Source: Clostridiales bacterium
GTDB taxonomy: Bacteria > Bacillota > Clostridia > Christensenellales > UBA1242
DNA: 64,000 nucleotides
Direction: 5' to 3'
Assembly (NCBI GenBank): GCA_015055905.1
Contig: SVHI01000004.1
Span: forward strand, 13,405 to 77,404
Part shown: positions 46,629 through 60,802 of the stretch, one piece after another
Layout of the letters: the number at the start of each line of letters is the position of its first letter
Numbering within the stretch: the first letter of the stretch is position 1
Made by a program: the position numbers and the translations under genes
Notes under the pieces: generated by a model
The model's input: the letters and a program-made list of their open reading frames with translations, nothing else
Told to the model about the DNA's origin: nothing
Database searches by the model: none

Positions 46629-47762
46629 ATGGCAGAAAAAAATTATTATGATATTCTTGGCGTTAGCAAAAATGCTACTGATGACGAAATCAAGAAAGCA
46701 TATAGAGTTTTAGCAAAAAAATATCACCCAGACTTAAACCCTGGCAATGCTGAAGCCGCTGAAAAACTCAAAGAAGTTAACCAAGCATATAGCGTTCTTT
46801 CTGACAAAACCAAAAAACAAAACTATGACACCTATGGAAGCGAAACAGGTCCACAAGGATTTGGCGGTTTCGGCGGTGGTGGTTTTGGTGGCTTTGGCGG
46901 AGGCGACTTTGGTGATTTCGGCGATATTTTCAGCAATATCTTTGGTGGAGCATTCGGTGGAAAAAGGTCATCAAACAGAGCAAGCGCACCATCACAAGGC
47001 GCAGACATTCAAGTTAAAATCAAACTTTCATTCGTTGAAGCAGCTTTTGGCGCAAAAAAGAGCATAAACCTTACAAGGTCTGAAACTTGCTCACACTGCA
47101 AAGGCACTGGCGCAAAAAATGGCACAGAGTTTGACACTTGTTCAAGATGTTCTGGCTCTGGTGTGATTCGTCAAACCCAAAACTCACTCTTTGGTCAAAT
47201 GATTTCCGAAAGCGTTTGTCCTGATTGTAGAGGAACAGGAAAGAAAATTAAAGAAAAATGTTCTCATTGTTCAGGTGCTGGAATTACTAGAGAAAACAGA
47301 AATATCGAACTTAATATTCCAGGCGGTATTGACAACAACCAAGTTTTAACTCTTCGCGGACAAGGCGAGGCTGGAAGAAATGGTGGTCCAGCAGGCGACA
47401 TTCAAATCTTAATTCAAGTTGAAAATCACAAAACACTCAAAAGAGAAGGCTTTGACGTTTATGAAGATGTTCCAATTTCATTCACTGAAGCACTTCTTGG
47501 TGCAAAAGTTAAGATTCCAGGAATCAATGAAACTCTTGAAATAACCATTCCTGAATGCACTCAAAACGGAACAATCATCACCGTTAAAGGAAAGGGTATC
47601 AAAATCCTTAACAAGAACGGATATGGCGACTTGTTTGCAAAAATCTATGTTGAAATGCCAAAATCTTTAGACAAGAAACAAAAACAAGCACTTGCAGACA
47701 TTGATAAATCAATTTCATCAAATCAATACGCAAAAAAGAAATCTTTTGGTGAAAAACTATAA
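46629..47762 (+). CDS. dnaJ: Co-chaperone DnaJ
   Basis: J-domain (YYDILGV...KKYHPD), a G/F-rich region, and four CxxCxGxG zinc motifs. Confidence 0.95.
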   Translation: MAEKNYYDILGVSKNATDDEIKKAYRVLAKKYHPDLNPGNAEAAEKLKEVNQAYSVLSDKTKKQNYDTYGSETGPQGFGGFGGGGFGGFGGGDFGDFGDIFSNIFGGAFGGKRSSNRASAPSQGADIQVKIKLSFVEAAFGAKKSINLTRSETCSHCKGTGAKNGTEFDTCSRCSGSGVIRQTQNSLFGQMISESVCPDCRGTGKKIKEKCSHCSGAGITRENRNIELNIPGGIDNNQVLTLRGQGEAGRNGGPAGDIQILIQVENHKTLKREGFDVYEDVPISFTEALLGAKVKIPGINETLEITIPECTQNGTIITVKGKGIKILNKNGYGDLFAKIYVEMPKSLDKKQKQALADIDKSISSNQYAKKKSFGEKL

Positions 47763-47775
47763 TCTTGGAGAGAAT

Positions 47776-48327
47776 ATGATATATTTTGTTAGACACGGCT
47801 TAACTGACTGGAACGAAAATATTGATGAGAATGGCAATGTTAACCCAAAATGTCAAGGCAGAACAAACATTCCTCTAAACAAAAACGGAATTGCGCAAGC
47901 CGAAGCCTTAAGAGAACAACTCAAAGATGTTAAATTCGACAAGATTTTGTGTAGTCCACTCGATAGAACAAAACAAACTTGCGAAATTATTACTGGAAGT
48001 CTTGAAAACGTCACTATTGAAGACCGACTCATTGAACGTAGTTTTGGCGAGTTTGAAGGTCTCACAAGAACTGAGTTTGACTTTGCTGGATTTTGCAGTG
48101 ACAAAACAAAAAATTACCAAAAAGCAGAATCCATCACAGATGTGGAAAAGAGAGTTTTCTCTCTACTCGACGAACTTAAACAAGAAAATCTTGAGAATGT
48201 TTTAATAGTTTCTCACGGCGGAGTAGGCTGTGTGTTCAGGTCGTATTTTGACGGCATTCCAGAAGATGGCGACTATTCAAAACTCATAATTCCAAACGGA
48301 AAGCCTCTAATAAGAGATTTTAAATAA
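47776..48327 (+). CDS. Histidine phosphatase (phosphoglycerate mutase) family protein
   Basis: GGAGAG RBS before ATG 47776. The N-terminal RHG motif (IYFVRHGLTDWN) and a later SHGG string are present. The track's upstream extension overlaps dnaJ. Confidence 0.8.
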   Translation: MIYFVRHGLTDWNENIDENGNVNPKCQGRTNIPLNKNGIAQAEALREQLKDVKFDKILCSPLDRTKQTCEIITGSLENVTIEDRLIERSFGEFEGLTRTEFDFAGFCSDKTKNYQKAESITDVEKRVFSLLDELKQENLENVLIVSHGGVGCVFRSYFDGIPEDGDYSKLIIPNGKPLIRDFK

Positions 48328-48332
48328 ACAAT

Positions 48333-48362
48333 AAAAAGCATTTACACTTGTAAATGCTTTTT
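48333..48362 (+). terminator. Rho-independent terminator
   Basis: AAAAGCATTTA-cacttg-TAAATGCTTTT followed by T-rich sequence. Confidence 0.8.
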
Positions 48363-48376
48363 ATTTATCAAAATTT

Positions 48377-48405
48377 TTGACCTTTTGCTTGAATTGTATT
48401 ATAAT
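48377..48405 (+). promoter_or_regulatory. Consensus sigma-A promoter abutting the rsmE start codon
   Basis: TTGACC (48377-48382), a 17-nt spacer, then TATAAT (48400-48405). The ATG begins at 48412, 7 nt after the -10. Confidence 0.6.
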
Positions 48406-48411
48406 CAAACT

Positions 48412-49146
48412 ATGAAAGAAAAAAGATATTATTATAATGGAACAATATATATTAACTCTATTGTAACCCTTGAAGATGAAGAATTTCATCATCTTGTGAA
48501 TGTTATGCGCTCAAGAGTGGGGGAAAAGGTCTGTCTTTTCAACGGGGACGGAAACTTTTATTTTGGCGAAGTAAAGTCAATCAATAAAAAATACGCTGAA
48601 ATTATGGTGACTTCAGCTGAAAAATCTAACAATGAACCAAGCATTAAACTCACAATTTATCAAGCACTTGCAAAAGGTGACAAAATGAGTCTTGTTATGC
48701 AAAAAATCACTGAAATCGGTGCAAGCACTCTCTGTTTGTTTGAAAGCGAATTTTGTGATGTTAAAGCAAACACACACCGTCAAGACCGTCTTGACACAAT
48801 TTCAGTTTCTGCAGCAAAACAATGCGGAAGAGCAAGTCTTGTTCAAACAAAAGGCATCTATAAATTCAATGAAGTTGCTGAGCAAATCGCTGATTTTGAC
48901 GCATTTTATGTGGCATACGAGGCTGAAGATGGCTCAACACTTGCAAGCAGTTTAATTGAAAACAAAAACAACCTCAAAAACATTGCAATTATGATTGGGG
49001 CAGAGGGTGGTTTTTCACAAAAAGAGATTGAGTTATTAAAAAATAACAATGCAAAAATTGTTTCACTTGGAAACAGAATTCTTAGAACCGAAACCGCATC
49101 AATCGTGTGTGCGGGGCTTGCAATGCAAATTTTGGAAACAACATAA
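48412..49146 (+). CDS. rsmE: 16S rRNA (uracil1498-N3)-methyltransferase RsmE
   Basis: MKEKRYYY...EEFHHLVNVMRSRVGEKV aligns with the RsmE N-terminus (B. subtilis MQRYFI...GEEVHHIVNVMR). C-terminal IGAEGGFSQKEIE and LGNRILRTETA. Confidence 0.85.
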   Translation: MKEKRYYYNGTIYINSIVTLEDEEFHHLVNVMRSRVGEKVCLFNGDGNFYFGEVKSINKKYAEIMVTSAEKSNNEPSIKLTIYQALAKGDKMSLVMQKITEIGASTLCLFESEFCDVKANTHRQDRLDTISVSAAKQCGRASLVQTKGIYKFNEVAEQIADFDAFYVAYEAEDGSTLASSLIENKNNLKNIAIMIGAEGGFSQKEIELLKNNNAKIVSLGNRILRTETASIVCAGLAMQILETT

Positions 49147-49155
49147 GGAGAGTTT

Positions 49156-50406
49156 ATGAAAAAAGTATCAATAGTTACACTAGGTTGTAAAGTCAATCAA
49201 GTTGAAAGCGAAAACATTGCAGAAGAACTTGAAAAACTTGGCTATAGCGTTTCAATGGGTTTGAATGAAGCAGACATTTATATTATTAACACTTGTGCAG
49301 TAACAAACGAAGCTGAAAGAAAATCAAGAAACATCATAACCAAACTCTTAAAGATTAATCCAAACTCAAGCATCTATGTTTGCGGCTGTGCATCTCACAA
49401 TAACGCTGATAATTTCAAAAAAAGCGAAAATGTTAAAGATATTATTGGCAACTATGACAAAAACGCTCTTGTTAAATCAATTTGTAAAAACGACCCAACC
49501 GAAAATAAACCTCAAAAAAACAATGTTTCAAGAAGGGTAACCGAAAGAACAAGAGCAATTCTTTGGGCTCAAAATGGTTGCAACAATTTCTGCACATATT
49601 GTTTGATTCCATACTTGAGGGGAAGAGAAACAAGTTTTCCTTTGGCTGACCTTGAAAAAGAGGTTAGAAAACTTGAAAAGATTGCAAACGAAATTGTTAT
49701 CACTGGAATCAATCTTTCATCTTATGGAAATGACATTGAGGGTAGCGATGGCTTGATTGAGGTTGCAAGGCTCTTTAAAAACAGTCCATCAAGATTTAGA
49801 TTTTCTTCTCTTGAGGTGAATGTTATCTCAGATAAGTTCCTAAGTGAACTTGCAACTTTTGAAAACTTCTGTGACCAGTTCCACTTGAGTTTGCAAAGTG
49901 GCGGAAACAATACCTTAAAGTCAATGAACCGTCACTACACAAAAGAACAATATCTTGAAAAAGTTGAACTCATTAGAAAATATTTTCCTAATGCAGGAAT
50001 CACCACTGACATCATTATAGGATTCCCAACAGAAACCGAAGACGATTTTAATGAGTCTCTTGAGTTTGTGAAGAGTGTAAACTTTTTTGAAATGCATGTG
50101 TTCCCATATTCAAAACGAAACGGAACCGTCGCTGAAAAATTTAAGAACATTGCAACAAATGTTCCTGAACGTGTTAAGAAAATGACTGAAGCCGCAAATG
50201 CTATGAAACAAGAATTCTTAAAAAAGAATGTTGGCTTGATTCACGAAGTTATCATTGAAACAAAGAAAGAAAACTACTATCTAGCTCACACAAAAAACTA
50301 TATTCTTTGCTACATTGAATCAAATGAAGAACTTGCTCCAAACAGCAAAGTAAACGTTAAAATTTTGACTCCATACGCTGACGGCGCAACCGCCAAAATT
50401 GTCTAA
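49156..50406 (+). CDS. mtaB: tRNA t6A37 methylthiotransferase MtaB (MiaB-family radical SAM)
   Basis: N-terminal UPF0004 cysteines (TLGCKVNQ, NTCAV), the radical SAM motif CNNFCTYC, and a C-terminal TRAM-like region. It follows rsmE as in B. subtilis yqeU-yqeV. Confidence 0.8.
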   Translation: MKKVSIVTLGCKVNQVESENIAEELEKLGYSVSMGLNEADIYIINTCAVTNEAERKSRNIITKLLKINPNSSIYVCGCASHNNADNFKKSENVKDIIGNYDKNALVKSICKNDPTENKPQKNNVSRRVTERTRAILWAQNGCNNFCTYCLIPYLRGRETSFPLADLEKEVRKLEKIANEIVITGINLSSYGNDIEGSDGLIEVARLFKNSPSRFRFSSLEVNVISDKFLSELATFENFCDQFHLSLQSGGNNTLKSMNRHYTKEQYLEKVELIRKYFPNAGITTDIIIGFPTETEDDFNESLEFVKSVNFFEMHVFPYSKRNGTVAEKFKNIATNVPERVKKMTEAANAMKQEFLKKNVGLIHEVIIETKKENYYLAHTKNYILCYIESNEELAPNSKVNVKILTPYADGATAKIV

Positions 50407-50441
50407 ATGTAAAAAAATAGAATATTTTAATGTAAAAATAC

Positions 50442-50496
50442 AATATACAGCATATCATCATTTTCGATGTTATGTTGTATATTTTTCTTTTTTTAA
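50442..50496 (+). terminator. Long imperfect hairpin terminator
   Basis: An 18-bp stem (AATATACAGCATATCATC / GATGTTATGTTGTATATT; one mismatch, one G-U pair) followed by a T-rich tract. Confidence 0.65.
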
Positions 50497-50597
50497 GGCA
50501 TTTTTCTACATTTTAACACATTAAAACGCGTGTTTTTGATAGTTTTTAAAATAAAACTGTGATTATGAAATTTTCTAATTCAATCTTCAAAATATCG

Positions 50598-50626
50598 TTG
50601 ACAAACCGTGTGTTTAGTGGTATTAT
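50598..50626 (+). promoter_or_regulatory. Sigma-A promoter of rpsU
   Basis: TTGACA (50598-50603), a 17-nt spacer, then TATTAT (50621-50626). Confidence 0.65.
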
Positions 50627-50661
50627 CTATTCAGTTTATAAGTCAGGGAGGTGAAAACAGA

Positions 50662-50841
50662 ATGACAACAGTTAAAGTTGGCGAAAACGAAACTTTAGAC
50701 AGTGCTATCAAGAGATGGAAGAGAAAGTGTCAAAAAGATGGCATCATCGGAGATATTCGTAAGAAAGAAGCATATGTTAAGCCTTCTATTGCTAAGAAAT
50801 TAAAAAGCGAAGCAGCTAGAAAAAGAGCTAGAAAAGGCTAA
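50662..50841 (+). CDS. rpsU: 30S ribosomal protein S21
   Basis: GGGAGGTG RBS before ATG 50662. MTTVKVGENETLDSAIKRWKRKCQKDGI...ARKRARKG is typical of S21. The track's upstream extension is spurious. Confidence 0.9.
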   Translation: MTTVKVGENETLDSAIKRWKRKCQKDGIIGDIRKKEAYVKPSIAKKLKSEAARKRARKG

Positions 50842-50864
50842 ACTATTTTGCTAATTGACTAATT

Positions 50865-50892
50865 AGACAGGTTGAAAAACCTGTCTTTTTTT
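50865..50892 (+). terminator. Rho-independent terminator
   Basis: AGACAGG-ttgaaaaa-CCTGTCT followed by T7. Confidence 0.8.
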
Positions 50893-50998
50893 GTGGAAAT
50901 TTTCTTTTGTCGAAGTTTGTCTAAAATTGAATATGTGACTTAATCAAGTTTTTGATGTGATATACTCTTGTAGTATTTTTTCAAAAAGGAGAATATAG

Positions 50999-51334
50999 AT
51001 GGCAAATAACGCATTAAAACTACTCGCACAAAAGGCAAAGAAACGACTCACTTCTGCAGGCAAAACTGTTAACCTTGCAGCAGACAAAAACACAGCATAC
51101 TTGAGCCCATCAAACTACGCTGTTGTTGTAAACACTCAAGACCTCAAAGAAGACCCATTATATGAAAAAATAAGGAAACTTTTGGAGCGAGACGATGTGT
51201 TAAACCCAATAGCAGAACTAACCGACAAAAAGGTCTTTGAGAAACTTTCAGCCATTGAAAAAGAAAGATATGTTATTGACATATCAAAACGCTATAACAA
51301 AATCAAGGAGCACTTGCTCGGCAATAATGCCTAA
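50999..51334 (+). CDS. Hypothetical protein (111 aa)
   Basis: AAAGGAGAA RBS. No motif recognised. Confidence 0.5.
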   Translation: MANNALKLLAQKAKKRLTSAGKTVNLAADKNTAYLSPSNYAVVVNTQDLKEDPLYEKIRKLLERDDVLNPIAELTDKKVFEKLSAIEKERYVIDISKRYNKIKEHLLGNNA

Positions 51335-51358
51335 AATGATGCTAAGCATCATTTTTTT
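51333..51358 (+). terminator. Rho-independent terminator
   Basis: AAAATGATGC-taa-GCATCATTTT followed by a T-run. Confidence 0.75.
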
Positions 51359-51406
51359 GTTTTGTTTTTTCTGGGTATGTGATAGAATATTAACGAAGGA
51401 AAAATT

Positions 51407-55686
<4,280 letters not shown>

Positions 55687-55777
55687 AAAATAAAAAACTT
55701 TGCAAAAACTATTGCAATTTGCATAGTGGTTTGTGATATAATACTCACGAAATCAATAGAATAAGGAGATTACCGAT

Positions 55778-55987
55778 ATGTCATGGTTGAATCCACCAAT
55801 TGAAAAAGTTATTGAAAGAGCAGGCAACAAATACATTCTTTGTTCACTCGTTTCAAAAAGAGCAAAAGAATTGCTTTTAAACAAAGGCGAGTTCTTTAAA
55901 GACCACCAAAGAGTTAAACCTGTTGAATATGCAAGCAGAGAATATTTCAATGAATATTACACTGTTGCAAAACAAAACAAAGACTAA
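55778..55987 (+). CDS. rpoZ: DNA-directed RNA polymerase subunit omega
   Basis: AAGGAG RBS. IEKVIERAGNKYILCSLVSKRAKEL matches the omega core pattern (xSKYxLvxxaskRArqL). Confidence 0.75.
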   Translation: MSWLNPPIEKVIERAGNKYILCSLVSKRAKELLLNKGEFFKDHQRVKPVEYASREYFNEYYTVAKQNKD

Positions 55988-56010
55988 TTTAAAATGTTAG
56001 ACAGAAAACG

Positions 56011-56047
56011 AAAGTTAGTATATAATTTATATATACTAACTTTTTTT
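56011..56047 (+). terminator. Rho-independent terminator
   Basis: GTTAGTATATA-attta-TATATACTAAC followed by T7. Confidence 0.8.
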
Positions 56048-56058
56048 GTGGAGAAGAT

Positions 56059-58260
56059 ATGATAGTTGGCAAGATTATAGTTGATATTGCAAGCAGTTTG
56101 GTCGATAAAGTGTTCGACTATATTTTGCCTGACGAAACTTTCGAGATAGGAATGAGGGTTTATGTTCCTTTTGGCAAAATTATAAAAGAGGGCTACATTG
56201 TTGACATAACAACCGAAAGTGATTATGACCCAAGCAAACTAAAAACTGTAATTTCAAAGATTGACAACTTTCCAGTGATTCTTCCTGAACAACTGGAACT
56301 AGCAAAGTTTATGAAGAAAAAATTTAACACTGGGCTTTGCGACGCAATTAGATTGTTTCTTCCAAGTGAAATGAGACAGGGCAGAGTTAAGGAACTTATC
56401 AAAATTGAATGTTTCATTCCAGATGAGATAAAAGCAAAAGAATATCTTTCTTCGGTTCGAAAAAATGCAACTGGAATTATTGGCATTATTAATGAACTGC
56501 TCTCAAAAGGTTCTGTATTACAAAATGAACTTAACAAGAAATTTAATTCTGGCTCACTTAAAAAACTTATTGATGACAAGATTGTTCAAACAAAAGAAAT
56601 TAAGTTTAAACGCAGCCCATACACAGGGCTTGACGAAAATAAGAAAGAAGTAACTCTAACCGCCACCCAACAAGGCGTTGTTGATAGAATCACAGACGAA
56701 CACAATGTCTTTTTGTTGCACGGCGTAACTGGAAGCGGAAAAACCGAAGTTTATATGAGCTGTATGAAGAAAATCATTGACAGCGGAAAAACTGGTATTA
56801 TGCTCGTGCCTGAAATATCGCTCACTCCTCAAGTTCTTATGAACTTCAGGTCAAGATTTGGCGAAAATGTTGCACTCTTGCACTCTGGACTTTCTGCGGG
56901 TGAGCGTTTTGACGAATGGCAAAGAATTTTATTTGGCGAAGCAAAGATTGTTATCGGCGCAAGGTCCGCCATCTTTGCACCTATCAAAAACATAGGGCTT
57001 ATTGTTATTGACGAAGAGCACGACAACTCTTATAACAGCGATTCTAACCCTAGATATAACACTATTGAAGTTGCAAAGGAAAGAGCAAGACTCTCTTCTT
57101 CATCTCTTGTTCTTGGTAGCGCCACACCTAGTCTTGTGTCTTATCATCACGCAATGGTTGGCGACTATCAGCTTCTTGAAATGAAAGAACGAATCAATAA
57201 AAGAGAACTTCCACCACTACATATCGTTGATATGGGTGAAGAGATTAGAACTGGCAACACTGGAGTATTTTCTACAGCGCTCAAAAACGCACTCACAAAA
57301 ACAGTTGCTGAAGGCAACCAAGCAATGCTGTTTATTAATAGAAGGGGCTTTTCATCATTTTTGATGTGTAAAAAGTGTGGCTGGGTCGCAAAGTGTGACG
57401 CTTGTGATGTTTCGCTTGTATATCACAAATATGATAGAGCCCTAAAGTGTCACTACTGCGGAAATAGATATAAGGTCTTAACCGAGTGTCCTGAATGTGG
57501 AAACACAGAACTATCAAACGGCGCAACTGGCACACAAAAAGTTGTTCAAGAGCTTCAAGAACTTCTCCCTAATGTGTCTATCGGCAGAATGGATAATGAC
57601 ACAACAAAAACTAAAGACTCACACTTAAAGATTCTTTCTGACTTTAGAAACGGAAAGACCCAAATTTTAGTTGGAACCCAAATGATTGCAAAAGGTCACG
57701 ACTTTCCAAGCGTAACCTTGGTTGGCATTATTGATGCAGACATTAGTCTTTATCAAACATCATACGCCGCCACCGAGCAAACCTTTGAATTAATCACTCA
57801 AGTTGCTGGCCGTGCGGGAAGGGCAGACAAGTCGGGCGAAATCATTCTTCAAACATATGTGCCTCGTCATTATGTTTATAAACTGGCGTCTTACTATGAC
57901 TATCCAGCATTCTATAAAAAAGAAATCAATCTTAGGCAGATTACTATGTATCCGCCATTTTCAAAGATTATGCGAATTCTCTTTACCTCAGAAGACGAAA
58001 AACTTGCAAAAGAAACCGCAAAAGTGTATTATGAAGAAGTAAAGAAGGTTCAACAGACTTTCCAAAAAGATTTCATTTATCTTGGAGTTATGAAGTCTCC
58101 AATCGGCAAAATTCAAAATAAGTATAGAATTCAAATACTTTTGCGAATCAGGCCAGACAATGAAGACGTTATAACAAAGAGACTGTTTGAAATCACTGAA
58201 ATGAACAAACAAACGGGCGTTAGTGCGTTTATTGAAATAAACCCACAAAGCCTTTCTTAA
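56059..58260 (+). CDS. priA: Primosomal replication protein N' (PriA helicase)
   Basis: HGVTGSGKTEVY, VIDEEHD, the Cys-rich zinc region (CKKCGWVAKCDACDVSLVYH...CHYCG...CPECG) and GTQMIAKGHDFP. Confidence 0.93.
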   Translation: MIVGKIIVDIASSLVDKVFDYILPDETFEIGMRVYVPFGKIIKEGYIVDITTESDYDPSKLKTVISKIDNFPVILPEQLELAKFMKKKFNTGLCDAIRLFLPSEMRQGRVKELIKIECFIPDEIKAKEYLSSVRKNATGIIGIINELLSKGSVLQNELNKKFNSGSLKKLIDDKIVQTKEIKFKRSPYTGLDENKKEVTLTATQQGVVDRITDEHNVFLLHGVTGSGKTEVYMSCMKKIIDSGKTGIMLVPEISLTPQVLMNFRSRFGENVALLHSGLSAGERFDEWQRILFGEAKIVIGARSAIFAPIKNIGLIVIDEEHDNSYNSDSNPRYNTIEVAKERARLSSSSLVLGSATPSLVSYHHAMVGDYQLLEMKERINKRELPPLHIVDMGEEIRTGNTGVFSTALKNALTKTVAEGNQAMLFINRRGFSSFLMCKKCGWVAKCDACDVSLVYHKYDRALKCHYCGNRYKVLTECPECGNTELSNGATGTQKVVQELQELLPNVSIGRMDNDTTKTKDSHLKILSDFRNGKTQILVGTQMIAKGHDFPSVTLVGIIDADISLYQTSYAATEQTFELITQVAGRAGRADKSGEIILQTYVPRHYVYKLASYYDYPAFYKKEINLRQITMYPPFSKIMRILFTSEDEKLAKETAKVYYEEVKKVQQTFQKDFIYLGVMKSPIGKIQNKYRIQILLRIRPDNEDVITKRLFEITEMNKQTGVSAFIEINPQSLS

Positions 58261-58269
58261 GGAGATATT

Positions 58270-58767
58270 ATGGCAATTAGAAACATTGTTAAAGAGGGAG
58301 ACGAATTACTTAGAAAAAAATCTAAACCTGTTGTTGATTTTGATAAAAATCTTCATATGCTTTTAGACGATATGGTTGAGACTATGCACAAAGCAGAAGG
58401 TGCTGGGCTTGCAGGTGTTCAAGTTGGCGTTTTAAAACGCGTTTTCGTTATGCACGCTGGAAAGGAAATTCGTGAGTGTATTAACCCTAAAATCTTAAAA
58501 GAAGAAGGCGAAAACAAAATCAAGGTTGAAGGCTGTTTATCTGTTCCTGGAAAGTGTGGAACCGTTGACAGACCAGAAAAGGTTTGGGTTGAATATCAAG
58601 ACAGAAATGGAAATAAAGTAAACAAGAAGTTTACTGGCTTTGAGGCTAAATGTTTCTGTCACGAAAGCGACCACCTTGACGGAATTTTGTATATCGACAA
58701 AGCTACAAAGATGTTTAAAGACAGAAACGAGTATGGCGAATATGAAAAGAAAAAGGAGACCAAATAA
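58270..58767 (+). CDS. def: Peptide deformylase
   Basis: GAGLAGVQVG, EGCLS and HESDHLDG motifs. Confidence 0.95.
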   Translation: MAIRNIVKEGDELLRKKSKPVVDFDKNLHMLLDDMVETMHKAEGAGLAGVQVGVLKRVFVMHAGKEIRECINPKILKEEGENKIKVEGCLSVPGKCGTVDRPEKVWVEYQDRNGNKVNKKFTGFEAKCFCHESDHLDGILYIDKATKMFKDRNEYGEYEKKKETK

Positions 58768-59732
58768 TGAGAATAGTTTTTCTTGGAACACCAAAGTTTG
58801 CAGTTACTTGCTTAGAGAAACTCTTGGAGTCTCGCCACGAGGTTGTTGCGGTTGTAACTCAGCCAGATAAACCAAGTGACAGAGGAAACAAAATTGAGTT
58901 TTCAGAAGTTAAGAAATATTGCTTGCAAAGAGACTTGCCGCTCTATCAATTCACAAAGATTTCAAGAGACGGGGTTGTTGACCTTTCTTCACTCCAACCA
59001 GACATTATGATAACCGCTGCATACGGTCAACTTTTGTCACAACAAATTCTTGATATTGCTAAGTTTGGCGTTATCAATGTTCACGCATCAATTCTTCCAA
59101 AGTATAGAGGTGCATCACCAATCCAAACAGCAATTATGCGTGGTGAAAGCGAAACTGGCGTAACCATTATGAAAACCGAAATTGGTCTTGATACTGGTGA
59201 CATTATTGATGTTGTAAAGACTCCAATCTTTGAAAATGAAACCACTGGAGACCTTTCAGATAGGCTTGCTATGCTTGGCTCAAACCTTTTGTTAGAGGTT
59301 CTTGACAACATTGAAAACGGAACAGCAAAATATACTCCTCAAGATGATATCCACGCAACCGTTACAACAAAAATTAGCAAGAACGACTGTTCAATTATTT
59401 GGGAAAAATCTTCAAGAGAAATCAAGGCTTTGATTCACGGAGCAAACCCAAACCCAATCGCAAGAACAATGCTTGGCGATGAACAAATCAAAATCTATAG
59501 AGCAAAAGTTGCAGACATTGAACTTACTGAAGAAGACAACAAACTCTTGCCTGGAACAGTTTTGCCAAGAAGTTCTGTAAAGGCTGGCGTGTTTGTTAAA
59601 ACCGCTGACGGCGCACTTGAACTTCTCGAAATGCAATTCCCAGGCGGAAAAGTTCTTACTGCAAAAATCTTAGCAAACGGAAGAAAAATCAATCCTTATG
59701 ACGCGTTTAAAACCGTTATCAAAATTAGATAG
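58767..59732 (+). CDS. fmt: Methionyl-tRNA formyltransferase
   Basis: MRIVFLGTPKFAV, VINVHASILPKYRGASPIQ. It is coupled to def by a TAATG overlap. Confidence 0.95.
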   Translation: MRIVFLGTPKFAVTCLEKLLESRHEVVAVVTQPDKPSDRGNKIEFSEVKKYCLQRDLPLYQFTKISRDGVVDLSSLQPDIMITAAYGQLLSQQILDIAKFGVINVHASILPKYRGASPIQTAIMRGESETGVTIMKTEIGLDTGDIIDVVKTPIFENETTGDLSDRLAMLGSNLLLEVLDNIENGTAKYTPQDDIHATVTTKISKNDCSIIWEKSSREIKALIHGANPNPIARTMLGDEQIKIYRAKVADIELTEEDNKLLPGTVLPRSSVKAGVFVKTADGALELLEMQFPGGKVLTAKILANGRKINPYDAFKTVIKIR

Positions 59733-59741
59733 GAGAACCTT

Positions 59742-60800
59742 ATGAAAATCTTACAGGATTTGAGTCTCACTGAACTCAAGAGAGAACTTGAAACCATTGT
59801 CGAAAAGATGCCAAGATATAGGGCAGAGCAAGTTTTTAAGTGGGCAAACGACTACGCTAGTTTCGATGAAATGAACAACATTCCAAAAGAACTTCGCGAA
59901 ACACTTAAAGAAAACTTTATCGAAAACCCTGTCAAAATCGAAAAAGAACTAATTTCTAAAGACGGAACAAAAAAATATCTTTTGTCACTCCCTGATGGAA
60001 ACATCGTTGAATGCGTTTTAATGAGTTATAAATACGGCAACACCATCTGCATTTCTACTCAAGTTGGCTGCAGAATGGGTTGTGGTTTTTGTGCAACAGG
60101 CATTGACGGGTTAGTTAGAAACCTAACCGCTGGCGAAATGCTTTCAGAAATCTTGGTTATAAACAAACACAATGGCGGAACATCTACTGATAGAAAAATT
60201 ACAAACATTGTTTTAATGGGTTGCGGAGAGCCTCTTGATAACTATGACAATGTTGTCAAATTCATTAAACTTATTTCAGCAAAAGAGGGTATGAATATTT
60301 CTCAAAGAAATATTTCTCTTTCAACTTGCGGACTTGCTGACAAAATTAAACAACTTGCAGACGAAGACCTTGGAATTACCCTCACAATCTCTCTTCACGC
60401 TACAACCGACGAGCATAGAAAAAAGATTATGAAGGTTGCAAAAGCTTTCTCTTTAAAAGAACTTTTCTTTGCAATCAATTATTATTTCAACAAAACAAAG
60501 CGTAGAATCGTGTTTGAATATATTGAACTTGACATCAACACAAACCCTGACGACGCAAAGCGATTAAAAGAACTTTGCAAGGGCTTGTCATATCATATGA
60601 ACTTGATTCCTATGAACGCAACACCTCATACAATCGAGGAAAACCCAGCACTCAAACCTCCAACAAAAGAAAAGAGTGCGGCTTTCTGGGAAGAACTTAA
60701 AAAACTCGGCATTTCAGCCACAACCAGAAGAACCCTCGGCAGCGACATTGCTGGCGCTTGCGGACAACTTAGACGTTCAAGTTTAAAAAAAGGAGAATAA
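59742..60800 (+). CDS. rlmN: 23S rRNA/tRNA A2503 C2-methyltransferase RlmN (radical SAM)
   Basis: YRAEQVFKW, CRMGCGFCATG and CGQL near the C-terminus. Confidence 0.9.
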   Translation: MKILQDLSLTELKRELETIVEKMPRYRAEQVFKWANDYASFDEMNNIPKELRETLKENFIENPVKIEKELISKDGTKKYLLSLPDGNIVECVLMSYKYGNTICISTQVGCRMGCGFCATGIDGLVRNLTAGEMLSEILVINKHNGGTSTDRKITNIVLMGCGEPLDNYDNVVKFIKLISAKEGMNISQRNISLSTCGLADKIKQLADEDLGITLTISLHATTDEHRKKIMKVAKAFSLKELFFAINYYFNKTKRRIVFEYIELDINTNPDDAKRLKELCKGLSYHMNLIPMNATPHTIEENPALKPPTKEKSAAFWEELKKLGISATTRRTLGSDIAGACGQLRRSSLKKGE

Positions 60801-60802
60801 CT

